Shown: positions 12,596 to 27,066 of the stretch, piece after piece
Layout of the letters: each line of letters begins with the position of its first letter
How positions within the stretch are numbered: the first letter of the stretch is position 1
Source: Schmidtea polychroa
Lineage: Eukaryota
DNA length: 64,000 bases
Assembly (NCBI GenBank): GCA_044892525.1
Contig: CM097887.1
Location: forward strand, 92,420,397-92,484,396
Direction: 5' to 3'
Made by a program: the position numbers and the translations under genes
Notes under the pieces: model-generated
The model's database searches: none
The model's input: the letters and a program-made list of their open reading frames with translations, nothing else
Told to the model about the DNA's origin: nothing

Positions 12596-13234
12596 TGTGA
12601 CCAAAATGCGTCGGTATATATACCTATTTTGTACACGTGTATGTATTGATGCATTAAAACAAACTCGAATTCTTTTTATTCCAGAAGTTTCTATTTTGTA
12701 ATTTTGATATTTTTAATGGCGATTTTTGCGTCATAATTTTTATTTTTAAAATTTTATTTCCTAAATATTTTTTGCTAATTTTTCCTCCATGATGGATTTG
12801 GAACGGTTCCAGGACATTCCATATTACTTTTAATTCAATTTTTATTTTTAACTGATATTTTACGAATTTCTTTTTAAGAAATTTTATTTTTAATACTAAT
12901 TTATTTATTTTTCTAAATTTTATTGTTTAAGGTAGCTTTTATGATGGTCATCGCCATTTTTATGGAATGTTCTGGGTTTTTCTGGAATTTTTTGCTATTT
13001 TTACCATCTTTTAAGTTATTCGAGTTTGTTTTTTGTAACTCTGTGTTTATTTGGCTATTTTTGAGTTAGATTTTGCATAACTTCTTGTTTTTGTATAATT
13101 TTATTTAATTTCTGTGTTTTAGGTTTTTGTTGTTTTTTTTTTCTTTAATTACCATTGGTTATTTGGTGTAGTTTTTAATATTTAACTATACTTTTTGCTT
13201 TTTGCATGCTGTGTACCTACACATTTCGGTCACA
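12596..13234. mobile_element. Unclassified 639-bp non-coding element with imperfect ~22-bp terminal inverted repeats (TG...CA)
   Basis: Left TGTGACCAAAATGCGTCGGTA versus reverse complement of right end TGTGACCGAAATGTGTAGGTA; second partial copy at ~30174; no clear TSD. Confidence 0.5.
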
Positions 13235-13787
13235 ATTAGAAATTTGGGTCTAGAAGTCAGTTCTAGCCCAACATGTCTAAGGAATGAGTGTCCGTTCTGT
13301 CTACGCTAGTCATTACCTCGTCAACCCCGAGCAGAACCCCGCACAACCTATACTCCAACATAGTACCCGTGAATTTCTTCACGTTGGAAATGTACTATGC
13401 CGGCGAGACACCAGTAAGCAGGTGAGGCCCTACCTTAGGACTACTCCTTACTGAGGCCTCGACTTCCTACTCTTGACCGCCGATAGAAGGACTTACGTCT
13501 ATTCATATTATTACCCCACCGCACTACCTTTGGTTTGGACTGCAAACTGACTAATACGGCGCGAATCTCGAAGACTCTCGACGCTATTTACAAAATTCCT
13601 ATTGAATTCCTCACAAAAGGAAATTAGACAAGGACGAGAAATTGTTAATTTTAACATTTACAAACAAAAACACCGATGATTTACACATAACGGAGATGCA
13701 AGGATAAGAGAAAAGCAAGGAAAGAAGGACATGAATAATTCGATTCAATAATTTTCCGGAGGATAAGGTCACTTCACGGGAGGGTTC

Positions 13788-14546
13788 TTATGTCTCCCAC
13801 TCTATGTCTGCCAATAGTTCTTCCAAATTGAAAAATTCGGAGGCATTTTCCTCCCAGGTTACGCCAGCGGCGGAGATGATTTGCCCTGGGGTCCCTGATG
13901 TCAGATCGATCGCTGCAGGAGGGTCGCTGACTGTAATTGGAAGATCCGTCGCTAAATTATTCTGTTTGGCGGTTGCTCGTTCTCGCTGTTTCTTCTTGCG
14001 TTCGGCTCTCGATAGCTGCCGACGCTTTGGCTTCGATGCCGTCTGATTATTCGGGGGTGCTAAAGAGGTAGATGTCATCGCAGGTGGCACTTTACTGGTT
14101 CCGGTGAAGATGATTTCTGGTTGTTTAGGCGAGAGATCGGTCTCTACACACTCTCGACAGGACCTCTTGGAGGGAGACGACGACTTGAAAGAGGTGTCGT
14201 GGTGTACTGGGAAGAGATCGTCGGCCTCATGAATCGGGATACTTACGATTTTGCGAGTGGTTGCTGCCTGCAGATACACTTTGTGCAGGGCTTCTGATTG
14301 TTCCTTGATTAAACTTCTTTGGGAACGGCTCTCGGAGATCAGAGCGTCCCGACAGTGCTCACTGCGATATATCTTTTTCTGCACTTCTTTCATTTGCACT
14401 GGGCTGAACCATGTGCCTTCCAGTTCGTCGATCTTCCTCTTATATCTACCGATCTGGGTCTGCAGGTCCTTGATGATCGCATTTTTGTCAGAACAGGAGA
14501 AGCAATGGCGTAGTATGGGCTTGGCGTTTGGCAGCATGTTGGGCAA
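13788..14546 (-). CDS. Uncharacterised ORF family, copy 3 (open frame, 252 aa)
   Basis: CFSCSDKN..GTWFSPVQMKE..YRSEHCRD..QSEALHKVY..FPVHH..KPKRRQLSRAERKKK; acceptor ctcacctttatag directly before the first codon (AG 14548-14547); ATG at 14537. Confidence 0.75.
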   Translation of the reverse strand: MPNMLPNAKPILRHCFSCSDKNAIIKDLQTQIGRYKRKIDELEGTWFSPVQMKEVQKKIYRSEHCRDALISESRSQRSLIKEQSEALHKVYLQAATTRKIVSIPIHEADDLFPVHHDTSFKSSSPSKRSCRECVETDLSPKQPEIIFTGTSKVPPAMTSTSLAPPNNQTASKPKRRQLSRAERKKKQRERATAKQNNLATDLPITVSDPPAAIDLTSGTPGQIISAAGVTWEENASEFFNLEELLADIEWET

Positions 14547-15329
14547 CTATAAAGGTGAGATTATGATATAGAATATATGTTATTCGGAATAAATCGAGTG
14601 TGACTAACTAGTTACTACCTCCAATACTCGATAGAAAAAGAACAGATTAGATAGATAAGGGAATTCCCCCCCCCCAGACGACAAATCGTTTCTACTTCGT
14701 GCAATTTTTACAAAATGTTAATTAATGATAAAATTTTTATCATTGACTTGACGAATAAATCCACTATGAAAATTCTACAATTGAGCACACTTAGAAATTC
14801 CTAATTTTCTCCTACATTACCGAATCTCATTTTAGGTCAACCATTACATTGTATCAGTGCTAGTTACCTCCCCAAAACTCTTCCCCCCTTTTCCCCACCT
14901 GACGATTTTATACCTGATGGTTTGAGGGATTGTCTGAACAGTTCTGTTTACTTTTAATTATTATTCACCATATTTAACAAAAATTTCAGTGGTTATCTAT
15001 CACCATTAATTGAGAATTGTTATGATTATTATAATGCTTAGTTGGACATTCGAGTATTATCTATAATGCTTAATTTAAAATTACTACTATTATTCACAAT
15101 GTCTAATTTGCAAGTCACTAACGAGTGGACTTTAGTACGCTCCATGCCTCGGTGATCATAGTAAAGGGTTATTGAAAAAGCAAGACTTACATATACGTAA
15201 ATATACTAAAACTGTATTCATACTTCTTCATATAAACTGACACTGGCGTTGGAATATTTTATTAATTTAAATTGGATTGTATAGATTAATAATTTCTCCT
15301 TTCATCTTGAAAAACTATTAAACATGGAG

Positions 15330-15800
15330 ATTTAATAACTTAATCGATTTTTAATAATAAACCATAATCAATACTAAAATTCATCGATTTCAGGGTCTGA
15401 GCTCGATATTCTGTTCGGCACTACTGACTACATATCACATACATCTAACTCTACTATTCACAGCGAACTATACAGGCAATTAGCAAAATAAAACTACGTA
15501 GATGTGATAAGATAGTGTTGTCAACCCACCATTAACGTGTAATGCATGCAACTACTATTAGAGTGATAACTGTGAATCATGGAAAATTAGTTAGGCAGAA
15601 CATCTGGAATAATCCTCTGACGGGTGCGGTTGATGGTGGCTTGTAGTAGTAATCGATCAATGGACTTGAGTGGAAAATGTCGTGAGCGTGTTATTATATC
15701 TTACATCGGGTTATCTTCGGTGTGTATACATGCGATGGCATTAATCTGATTGCATGAGAGTCAATGAAGGATCTTGTAATGTATTTTGTCAGTTGCTGAT
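15330..15800 (-). pseudogene. Heavily decayed LTR-retrotransposon pol (RNase H end / integrase Zn region)
   Basis: IHTEDNP*DIITRS resembles the BEL/gypsy H..T..NPAD..SR motif, followed by RIIPDVL..MIHSYH; many stops. Confidence 0.35.
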
Positions 15801-17619
15801 TTGAGTTGCCTTATGCTCAAATTGTGTTCTCATATTCCTATCACACTTTCAATTCTACCTGGTACTTCTCATCAAATCGGAATTATTGTGTTGTCTTCAC
15901 CTCACTAATTTACGTCGCATGTTTTGGTTCTCATGGAAAATTTCAATTGTAGTCTATCTCACTATTCATGCGGTTATCGATGTCCATGTGGGAATTTTAT
16001 ATCGCTGATTTCCAAACTCGTTCAGGAAATTTCTATCATGATGACTAGGAAATGATTATTAGAGGCGAATTCAACGAAAAAGAAATCTATGTACTGGAGT
16101 TACAAGTAGGCATTTTGTAATTTCTGTTGCTGAAAATAAAAAAAATTGTTTCCACATGTTATTTTATGTTTCAAATTGTATTCGACTGCGTTGTTGTGTT
16201 TCCTGTGAGGTTATTCTCGCACATGAGTATATAGCAAAAGTAGATTCATACGAATATAAATACGGCATGAGTTAAAATTTCGAATTGAGGATTAGAAAAT
16301 GACTTGAAGTCGGGTTATGGTTGTTCTACTGATGAAAACTCAAAAGAAACTTGGTGAGCCTTTAAGGATGAAAGGAAACTTTTCTGAATAAGAGGACTAA
16401 ACTTCACTGAAGATCTTATCGAGGTCATTTTCGTGTTACCCTCAATCACTGTGCGAACTCTCTCAAGAACTTCTTCATTACGCATGGTTAGCACGACTAT
16501 TCCCAAACGCTAAATAGATAATTTTTTTCTAGGGTATCACTTGTGAATTTTAGTCACATCTTCTGCGACGGACCCGTGAAGAAGCCCCCACATTTCGGCC
16601 CGAATCAGCTGCGTGATTGAAAAGCTTTATGTCCACCGGTTGAGCTCCCGAAGGCTCCTCACACCATGACATAAAGCCCCTCAACTCCACGTTCCTCATA
16701 AATTAAAAAACAGAATAATAATTCATAATACAAATCATAAAAGTCCTGAAATAACTCGTTTATTGTGACCAATTGTATTTAGGCATTTAAATTATAAATC
16801 TTGTTAAATTGTTAAAACGGGAATCAAATGAAGAGAAATTCATACTACATAAAATTTTAATTACTTAATAAATATCCATAAATTATTGTTAAGGTAAAAG
16901 ATAATAAAAACATCTTCTTACTATCGATTTCGATTTGTGGGCTAAGTCGAAAATGAATAGTTCGTCTTTGAATTAATCAGTTTGGTTTCTAATCCTGACT
17001 GTAAATTTTCTAATGCTGATGGTTTCTGGAATAGTTCCTGTATGTCGCAGTTGGTTTCTATAGAATGTTGGAATTAACGGTGGTTTTATTTAGAAATTTA
17101 CTTACCTATAGAATGTTGGAATTAACGATGATTTTAATGATTTTGGTGCCTGCTTATATATTAATTTTTCGTTTATGCGGACCAATCAGAATTGAGTACC
17201 GCTTATTTTTCTAATTTAATTTACTTTTTTCTGTTTTTTGGTTATTTTTCTTATATTTTTTATTTGTTTTATTAATTTCCTGGTTATTTATTGCATTTTA
17301 CGTTATTTTATGCGTCGTTTTATTTTCCTATTTAAATTTTCTTAATTTTATTTTTTGTTTTAATTCTTATATCTTAATTTATTGTTTCTTTTGTATTTGA
17401 TTCCAATTTATTTTTGAATTTGTTTGTTTTATTTTTATTTTATTTAGCTTCTTACTTATCCTAATTTCCTAAATACTTTTCGACTCAGCCCAACAATATC
17501 AATAACTGTTATAGATTTATAACAATAATTATATAGATATTTTATGTGAATTATATTAGTCTGTAATAAAATATATTAATTAATGTTATTTTTGAACAAA
17601 TACAATATAAATGATATAA

Positions 17620-18156
17620 GATGCCGACAGAGAAGACCCTAGATGGTGGCAGAGACCGGATAGTAAATGGAAACCTCGTATCAAGGAATACAGAGGCCCG
17701 ATTCATGAAGTAACCGTATCCAACTTCAACGATGACGGGGTATTGGAGACTAATGAGGGCTCATATATTATTTCGTCAATAGTGTACAAAGAAGCGAGTA
17801 CACGGGAGACGATGGTGGTTAGCTATAGACCAGACATCGTGGAGCAAAGGATTCAGAACGAAAGAGCAAAATGCAGAGACGGAAATACTAGCATTTCTTC
17901 TATGTACCCAATGGACCTAGCTTTTTGCTATATGTCCTCAAGTCCAGCATCTTCGATAACCCATACAAATCCATCGATAAACATTTTGATTTTTTGCAAA
18001 CATTATTTGATTTTTATAGTATTCAGTTTATTTTATTTTTTATGGCTGCAATTATCTTTTCTTCACCGCTTTAATTTTCGGGACGAAAATCTGGTTAGGG
18101 GGAAGACATGTTGGGGTTCAGTAGGAGCCGGGATAAGCGCATTAGGAAAGTTTTAG
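17620..18156 (+). other. Orphan open frame (DADREDPRWWQRPDSKWKPRIKEYRGP...)
   Basis: Frame is open from 17620, upstream of the track start at 17743; GC-rich to ~17960; no recognisable domain. Confidence 0.35.
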
Positions 18157-18766
18157 AATTTATTAATGACATTAGGAAAGTTTTCGAATTAAATAAAATT
18201 AATTATTATTAGTATTTAATAATTACTAAAAATAGTAATTAAAAATTACTACATTTAGAAAACAAACAAAAATAGTATTTTATTAAATAGGTATATGTAT
18301 ATTTAGTAATTAAATAAAATAAAATAGCTTTAGTTTAAATTATATATATAGCACTACAAATTTTAGTTGAGGGAGGAACAATAGACAGATCAAATTAGAC
18401 AAATAATTAGACCAACAATTTTCAATCAAGTTAGACCAATTAGATAGAAGAAAAAACTCAGACGGGCACAACTAATCAAATAGATAGAAATACACAAAAC
18501 AAATCTGAGCAAATCTCACAAGCACCATAATTTGCAATCTCTCCACAGAGATTACACTGATCATATTTTAACGGATTATCGATTTTGTTAATTCTGCTAT
18601 TAATAACCATTTTGGGTTTATAGCAATTTAGTTCGGAATTATTATCAAGAAATTCATCAGTGGAATTGCGTTGATATTTCTAAGCTTAGCAACTAATTTC
18701 GGTAAATTTTTATTTTTAGTTCAACTAATTAAACATAAAGGGTTAAAGCGTCAGCACACATTTTGT

Positions 18767-21099
18767 CAGGCCCGTCCCAAGGGCCAGGCGACCTAGGCCA
18801 TAGCCTAGGGCGCCTTTTTTTAGAGGGCGCCAAAATTTATTATAAACAATCAAAGTAAATTATAAAATAAGCCTCCAAAACTTTATATTTTGAAATTTAT
18901 CTATGAAACCAACCGTTTTAAAAAAAATTGAAAATAAGAAAAAACAAAAAAAAGTACATGCAAAATATACGAATTTCCAATTCTGAGAAATTCTGATATG
19001 TATTGAAAATTGAAATAAAAAAAAATTATATGTATGTATTACAAAAACTGATGTGCGAGTTAAATTAACAGCTATAGCTACCAGTTTTTTTTAACAATTC
19101 TTTTGTTTCAAGTGTGTAACTAAATTGTTGTTGCAGTTTGTTCAAATTAAATTTGTATTCCTATTCTGTTTTAAAAATATAAATATATAAGAGGTAAGGT
19201 AAGATTAAGATCATTTTTTAAAAATATATTGGAAAATATATAATATATTTATATAAATTTATGCCATAGCTAAGATGCCACCAAAAAAATTGAGTGGGTA
19301 TGAATATCGGAAACGAAAAATAAATAGACAGCAACAAGCTGATAAGCACGATAAAATATTGAAATATTTTAATTCCAGTAAATCAGTAGCCGATGATAAT
19401 CAACATTTCGAGTCAACATCTTCAAGCTCAGAGGACGATATAGGTAATGTGTCATCAGAAGCTGAAAATTGTAATATTATCAATGAGGATAATTTAATGT
19501 CTTCTCACGGAACTGAAATAATTGTTCCCAGTGATTCAACTCATTCTGTATTTGAAAATATTTTAAATTATAATGATATTGGGCTATGGCCACAAAATTT
19601 AAAACATACGGAAATTGACCATATAGTTGTAACTGACTTATATGGAAACGAAGAAAGGTGTAATCAACAACATATTTATCCAAGAGATGAAAATAATCGA
19701 AGCTTTTCCAATTCGCTTTTTTATCGTCAAATAAGTAATGGTGAAAAATTCCTAAGAAAATGGTTGCACTATTCAGAATCCAAAAATTCTGTATTTTGTT
19801 TTTTTGCAAACTTTTTGATCCATCAGGTAGGTCAAATCTAGCCAAATCTGGTTTATGGGATTGGAAAAATATTCACGACAGCTTGAAAATGCACGAACGG
19901 TCAGTTTCACATTTAAAATGTAGAATCGAATCGAATGTAGAATCGAATGCATTAAAGCAATAATGTTTGAAATCACGGAAATTAGAAACGCATATTAATG
20001 AGTTGCAAGACACAATATTAGTTGCTGCAGTTGTTTCAGAAGCTAGCTCTTTATCTGAAAAAACAGAAGATTTCGAGTTTTTGTTAACATTATCTGTCTG
20101 GTACGTACTTTTGTCAAAATTTAATATTGTCAGCAAATCCATGCAAAAAGCTACATTTGATATGAGTAACGCCATCGAGCTTCTTCGGAATTGTAAGATT
20201 TTTCTAGAAAATTATAGAGACTCCGGTTTTTCTGATGCTTTAAAATCGGCCAAAGATCTCGCTGCGCTATTAAACATGAACGCACAATTTAAAGCTGTAA
20301 GAATCAGAAGGCGACAAAAACAATTTAGTTATGAGTGTGACGATGAAACTCCAGATGTAAATGACCCAGAAAAATATTATAAAAATCATGTTTTTAATGT
20401 TATGCTGGATCAATCGTTGATATCTATATCAGAAAGGTTTCAGCAAATGAAAGATTTCGAAGATTCGTGGGGTTTTTTGTTCAATATTCACAATAATAAA
20501 AATCGTTGTGATTTGCTGAAGAGTTGCAAAGATTTACATCTGAAATTAACAAATGAGGCCAGTAGTGATATAAATGGAATAGAATTGTGCGAGGAAATCG
20601 AATCATTGAAGCAATTGGTACCAGATGATGTTAAAGGTCCTTTAATATGTTTACAATTTATCAATGATAATAATTTGAAAAGTACAGTACCAAATCTGTG
20701 GGTGGCTTTACGAATCCTCGTAACAATTCCTGTTAGTATTGCGAGTGGTGAAAGAAGTTTTAGTAAATTAAAACTAATAAAAACGTATTTGCGATCTACT
20801 ATGACGGAAGATAGGTTGAATAATTTGGCCATTATTTCAATTGAAAATAATGTTGTAGCAAACCTAAATTTGGAGGCAGCAATAGAAAAATTTGCAGACA
20901 TGAAAGCCAGGAAAAAATCATTCTTATAAATTCTGTTTTTTTTATATATATGTCAATCGAAAAAAATGAAATAAAGTAATAAATGGATTGTTTTTTGTTA
21001 AACTTTTTTATTTTATCATAATTTTTGTACCTAATTTTTAAAATAGGGCGCTTTTTATAATTTTCGCCTGGGGCGTATAATTATCTCGAACCGGCGCTG
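18767..21099 (+). mobile_element. hAT element (Tip100/ZMYM1-like), internally deleted, with perfect 8-bp TSD
   Basis: TSD CATTTTGT at 18759-18766 and 21100-21107; ends CAGGCCCGTC / reverse complement CAGCGCCGGT; subterminal AGGGCGC motifs. Confidence 0.92.
19275..20929 (+). pseudogene. ZMYM1-like hAT transposase pieces: TTF-type Zn finger and C-terminal dimerisation domain; central catalytic region deleted
   Basis: MPPKKLSGYEYRKRK, RKWLHYSESKNSVFCF.CKLF, HERSVSH, then TIPVSIASGERSFSKLKLIKTYLRSTMTEDRLNNLAIISIE; frameshifts and a stop. Confidence 0.9.
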
Positions 21100-21512
21100 C
21101 ATTTTGTAGCTGTCTCGCTCAAATTAAATTTAAAGTGTTAACCAGTTCTGGGTTGACACTATCGCGGTTAATATTTGGTTAAACCCTCGTCTTGTCTTTG
21201 ACACCTATATCGGGCTGTTGGCGAATTTAGGGCCAGCCTTGATACTTTGAAGTAATCTTTATGGCGGTTTGAATAACCGTTATCTGAACTTTAGTACAGC
21301 CAGTGTTGTTCTGTTTTATTATTTAATAAGCTTTGAAATCTATTTAGTTTAAAATTAATATTTGAAAAATCATATAGTTTATTTATTTATTTATCAAATA
21401 TTACTTATACGCGTAACAGTAAATTCAGTGGAGTCAGATTTACTTCTGTGTTAGTTCGAGTACCTACCCATCGAAACTAACACTAGAATACCAACCACCA
21501 ATATCACAATAT

Positions 21513-21830
21513 ATGGAGGTATACCATTATGTCACCAAATTCAAAGAAAGAATGCAGGAAATCTGGAGAACTGCGGGATTAAATATTAAATTTTACCAAG
21601 AAAGTTATATAGACTTGCACGATAAAAAGATAAACGTCAAGCAGCATACGTTCCGGATATGCGATTGGGTAATAATCGAGACACCAGAACTAATCCCAGG
21701 CACTACAAAGAAATTACAACGGAATGGGAAAGGACCTTATGAATTATTATTCATTGGGGAGACCAACGTGAGTAAGGTTAGTAAACAGCGTATTTACAAG
21801 ACCAATATATGTCAACGTCGCCAGATGTAA
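21513..21830 (+). pseudogene. Ty3/gypsy integrase C-terminal (GPY) fragment
   Basis: TFRICDWVII..KKLQRNGKGPYELL matches F.VGD.V..KL..W.GPY. Confidence 0.7.
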
Positions 21831-22111
21831 ACAAATCCCCAAAACAATCACTAACCAACCAGAAGGACGAACACTAACAACTCGTTCACAAACATACAGA
21901 ATCAACATGCTACAGCAGTCACTCGAAATAAAGTCAAATATAGGATTATGACCATCGGAAGTCGAAAAATCGTGAAAGATGTAAAGATCAAAATGCCAGC
22001 GTTGGCAAAGGATAAACTAGATTTCGAAATATTAGGAGGATTGTTAACCATGATCGAGAATTATGCAAATAGAGAAAGGACACACACATTGCTGCGAATA
22101 GTAAAAAGTCA

Positions 22112-22447
22112 ATGGGCAATCTTATTTATGGTACGGTTAACCTCAGAAATACGCCATTCCACAAACCTATGAAGGCCGGAAACAACGAACAAATATTTGA
22201 AACAATAGAAGCTTGCAACGATAGCAACATCCCAACAGACAAGGGAAACTGCCGGGGGCACACACCACTAATGATCGCAGCAAATCGGGACAAATCAAAA
22301 GCCGTGTTAGGAACATTATTTGAGACAGGATCAAAGATCACCAAGGACCACGATCAGAAAAAAGCGTTACACCACGCAATTGAAGGGAAAAGGACAAAAG
22401 CACTCACAACTCTCATGGAATTATTATCATACAGAAACAACGCTTAG
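22112..22447 (+). pseudogene. Ankyrin-repeat ORF directly downstream of the integrase remnant
   Basis: NTPFH, GHTPLMIAA and KKALHHA are three ankyrin-like repeats. Confidence 0.7.
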
Positions 22448-23097
22448 ATTGGAAATATGTATGACGGTCTACTAACAGCAAAAGAAGTAACAGTAAAGAT
22501 AATACTTCAGCAGTAATAGTAAATAGTTTATAAACGTACACTGAAATTACTATCAATGAATATTCTATCTTCGAATCATGTTATATCATTTGCATAATAT
22601 ATTTGTGAGACTAGATGGAACGGTCGTTCGTGACCCGTTTGCACTCGTGCCGATGGCCAGCGGATGGCTTGACCATTTGGCACACCGTAATGAAGGATCG
22701 AAGACGAGTGTAGCAAATTTTTAAAGAGTATCTAATGAATATCAGGAAACTTCGATTTTCTCAGCTGACGAGTAGAAATGAAATGGTTAATGAAACGACA
22801 AACCGAGGTAGTGATTTAGATCGAGGACGTGGATAGGAAATGATGTATTCCTCTACAACAACATGAATTCGACCAGATTTATTTTTCTTATTTCCATTAA
22901 ATCGAGCACAATTTAGGTATAAGTGTAATAATGAGATAGGAGACTTTCATCATCTTGCTAGGTCGTCCAAATTGAGTCTAAGACTGGGAACTCTTCCAAC
23001 TCAGTTGATGAGGGTAGATCTAGAAATGAAAAACAAGAATAGTCTGATAGGCCATATTTTAATAACATTCATTTTCCGAACGATCATTAGCGTAGAT

Positions 23098-25500
<2,403 letters not shown>

Positions 25501-26412
25501 ACATAGATAAACCTACTGTAAACATAAGACCCCTTTGATCTATCACTAATCTACGATGCCGGAAGTGCCATCTACCCGATTGATTTTCGGGAGCGACGAG
25601 TTATCCGCATAAACATCACAGTCAATAAAATTGGTTGTTTAGCTGTTCCTATGAGGTTTCACGAAGCGCGCAGTGAGACGAGATATTCACCATTTATCAA
25701 GAGTCAACACAATAAACATATCTGCTACTTCATTGTGGAGGCATAAACATCCGCGTAAACGATTTTGTTTCAACCGATGGGCTACAACCACGACGAGATA
25801 TTGGACCGGATACTACGAAAATCTGTTACTACCGTAGTAGAACATTTTGGTTAAATTTTCTAAATTTTCAATAAACAATAGCGTTATTAACTCTGGAGAA
25901 AATTCTCCTTAATTAATCAAAATTCTTAGTTCGTTCACTAAGTTTCGAAGGAATGATAAATCAGGATAATTAAATATAATTTTGCATGCACCCTATCGGT
26001 GCTCGACTATATATTTAACTTTTCACCTCTAAATTAATGCAGCGAGTAGCGTGTTCTGTTCATTGGATTAGTGTGATAAATGACATTATTGTCGGTTCGG
26101 TTTACTAATTTTTCTCAAAAAAAACGAGTCTCAATAGCAAATATCATTAACAACTAAAATTTCACTTTATAATAAAATTGTATTATTAAAATTCCATTGC
26201 TGTCATCCCCGGATCAGATATGTATTCCCCAATACCAAAATATCGCGTCATGCCTGTACTAAATGATAACCAAACGAGTGATGGGAAAGATCTTACATAG
26301 GTAGAACTTAACGAATAATTTAACTATCTTTAACACGTTATAGACATATTACCACCATTTAGGTAGAGGCTGAGGAAAATCAAATTTATAAATGATATAT
26401 TTTTCTGTCTAG

Positions 26413-27066
26413 ATGTCTGAACCAAATCTGCTGAAGACTGGTCGGAAGCCGTGCTTCAGCTGCGCAGATAAGAATGCTACTATGAAACAATTACGCACGG
26501 GAATTGGGGGCTTCAAGAGCCGTATTGACTTGCTCGAAGTATCGTGGTTCTCCCTGCCACAGATGAAAGAGGCAACTAGAAAGATTCTCCCGTTGGAACA
26601 CTGTAGAGACAGTATATAAGAAGAGAATCGCAGCTTACGCCTTACTATTAAGGCCCAATCGGAAACTCTACACCATATTTACTCCGAATCCGAATTGAGG
26701 AAGCGAGTCTTAGAATATCCAGTCACCTACCGAGTTAACATCTTTCCGACCCATCATTGGCCCAACGATCTCGGAAAGTCGAAGAAGTCGTCATGTGCGA
26801 GTCACGGCATAGAACTACCTTCGTCTCACATTCCCGACGTCGTATACATCGGTACTAGCACTCTGCCGGAGTCGGTGTCGACAAGTAATTCTCTTCCGTC
26901 GATTCCTACAACCTCGTCGGTTCCGTCGTCCACCGTAACTCGTTTCAAATGGAAGCGTCTGACCCGAGACGAGCGAACAAAGAGGAAACAAGATGAAATA
27001 GCTGCGGTCGGGTCCTCTCTATTTAAAGATGTCCATTGCAAGGCTAACTTGGCGCCAGACAAGTGA
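26413..27066 (+). pseudogene. Uncharacterised ORF family, copy 4 (single in-frame TAA)
   Basis: MSEPNLLKTGRKPCFSCADKN..SWFSLPQMKE..LEHCRDSI*EENRS..FPTHH..KWKRLTRDERTKRK; acceptor ttttctgtctag|ATG (AG 26411-26412). Confidence 0.75.

Noticed and set aside
22600-22865. 3' LTR of the INT/ANK element (TGTGAG...ACAACA)
   Set aside because: No polypurine tract, no TSD and no second copy in the window; cannot be supported.
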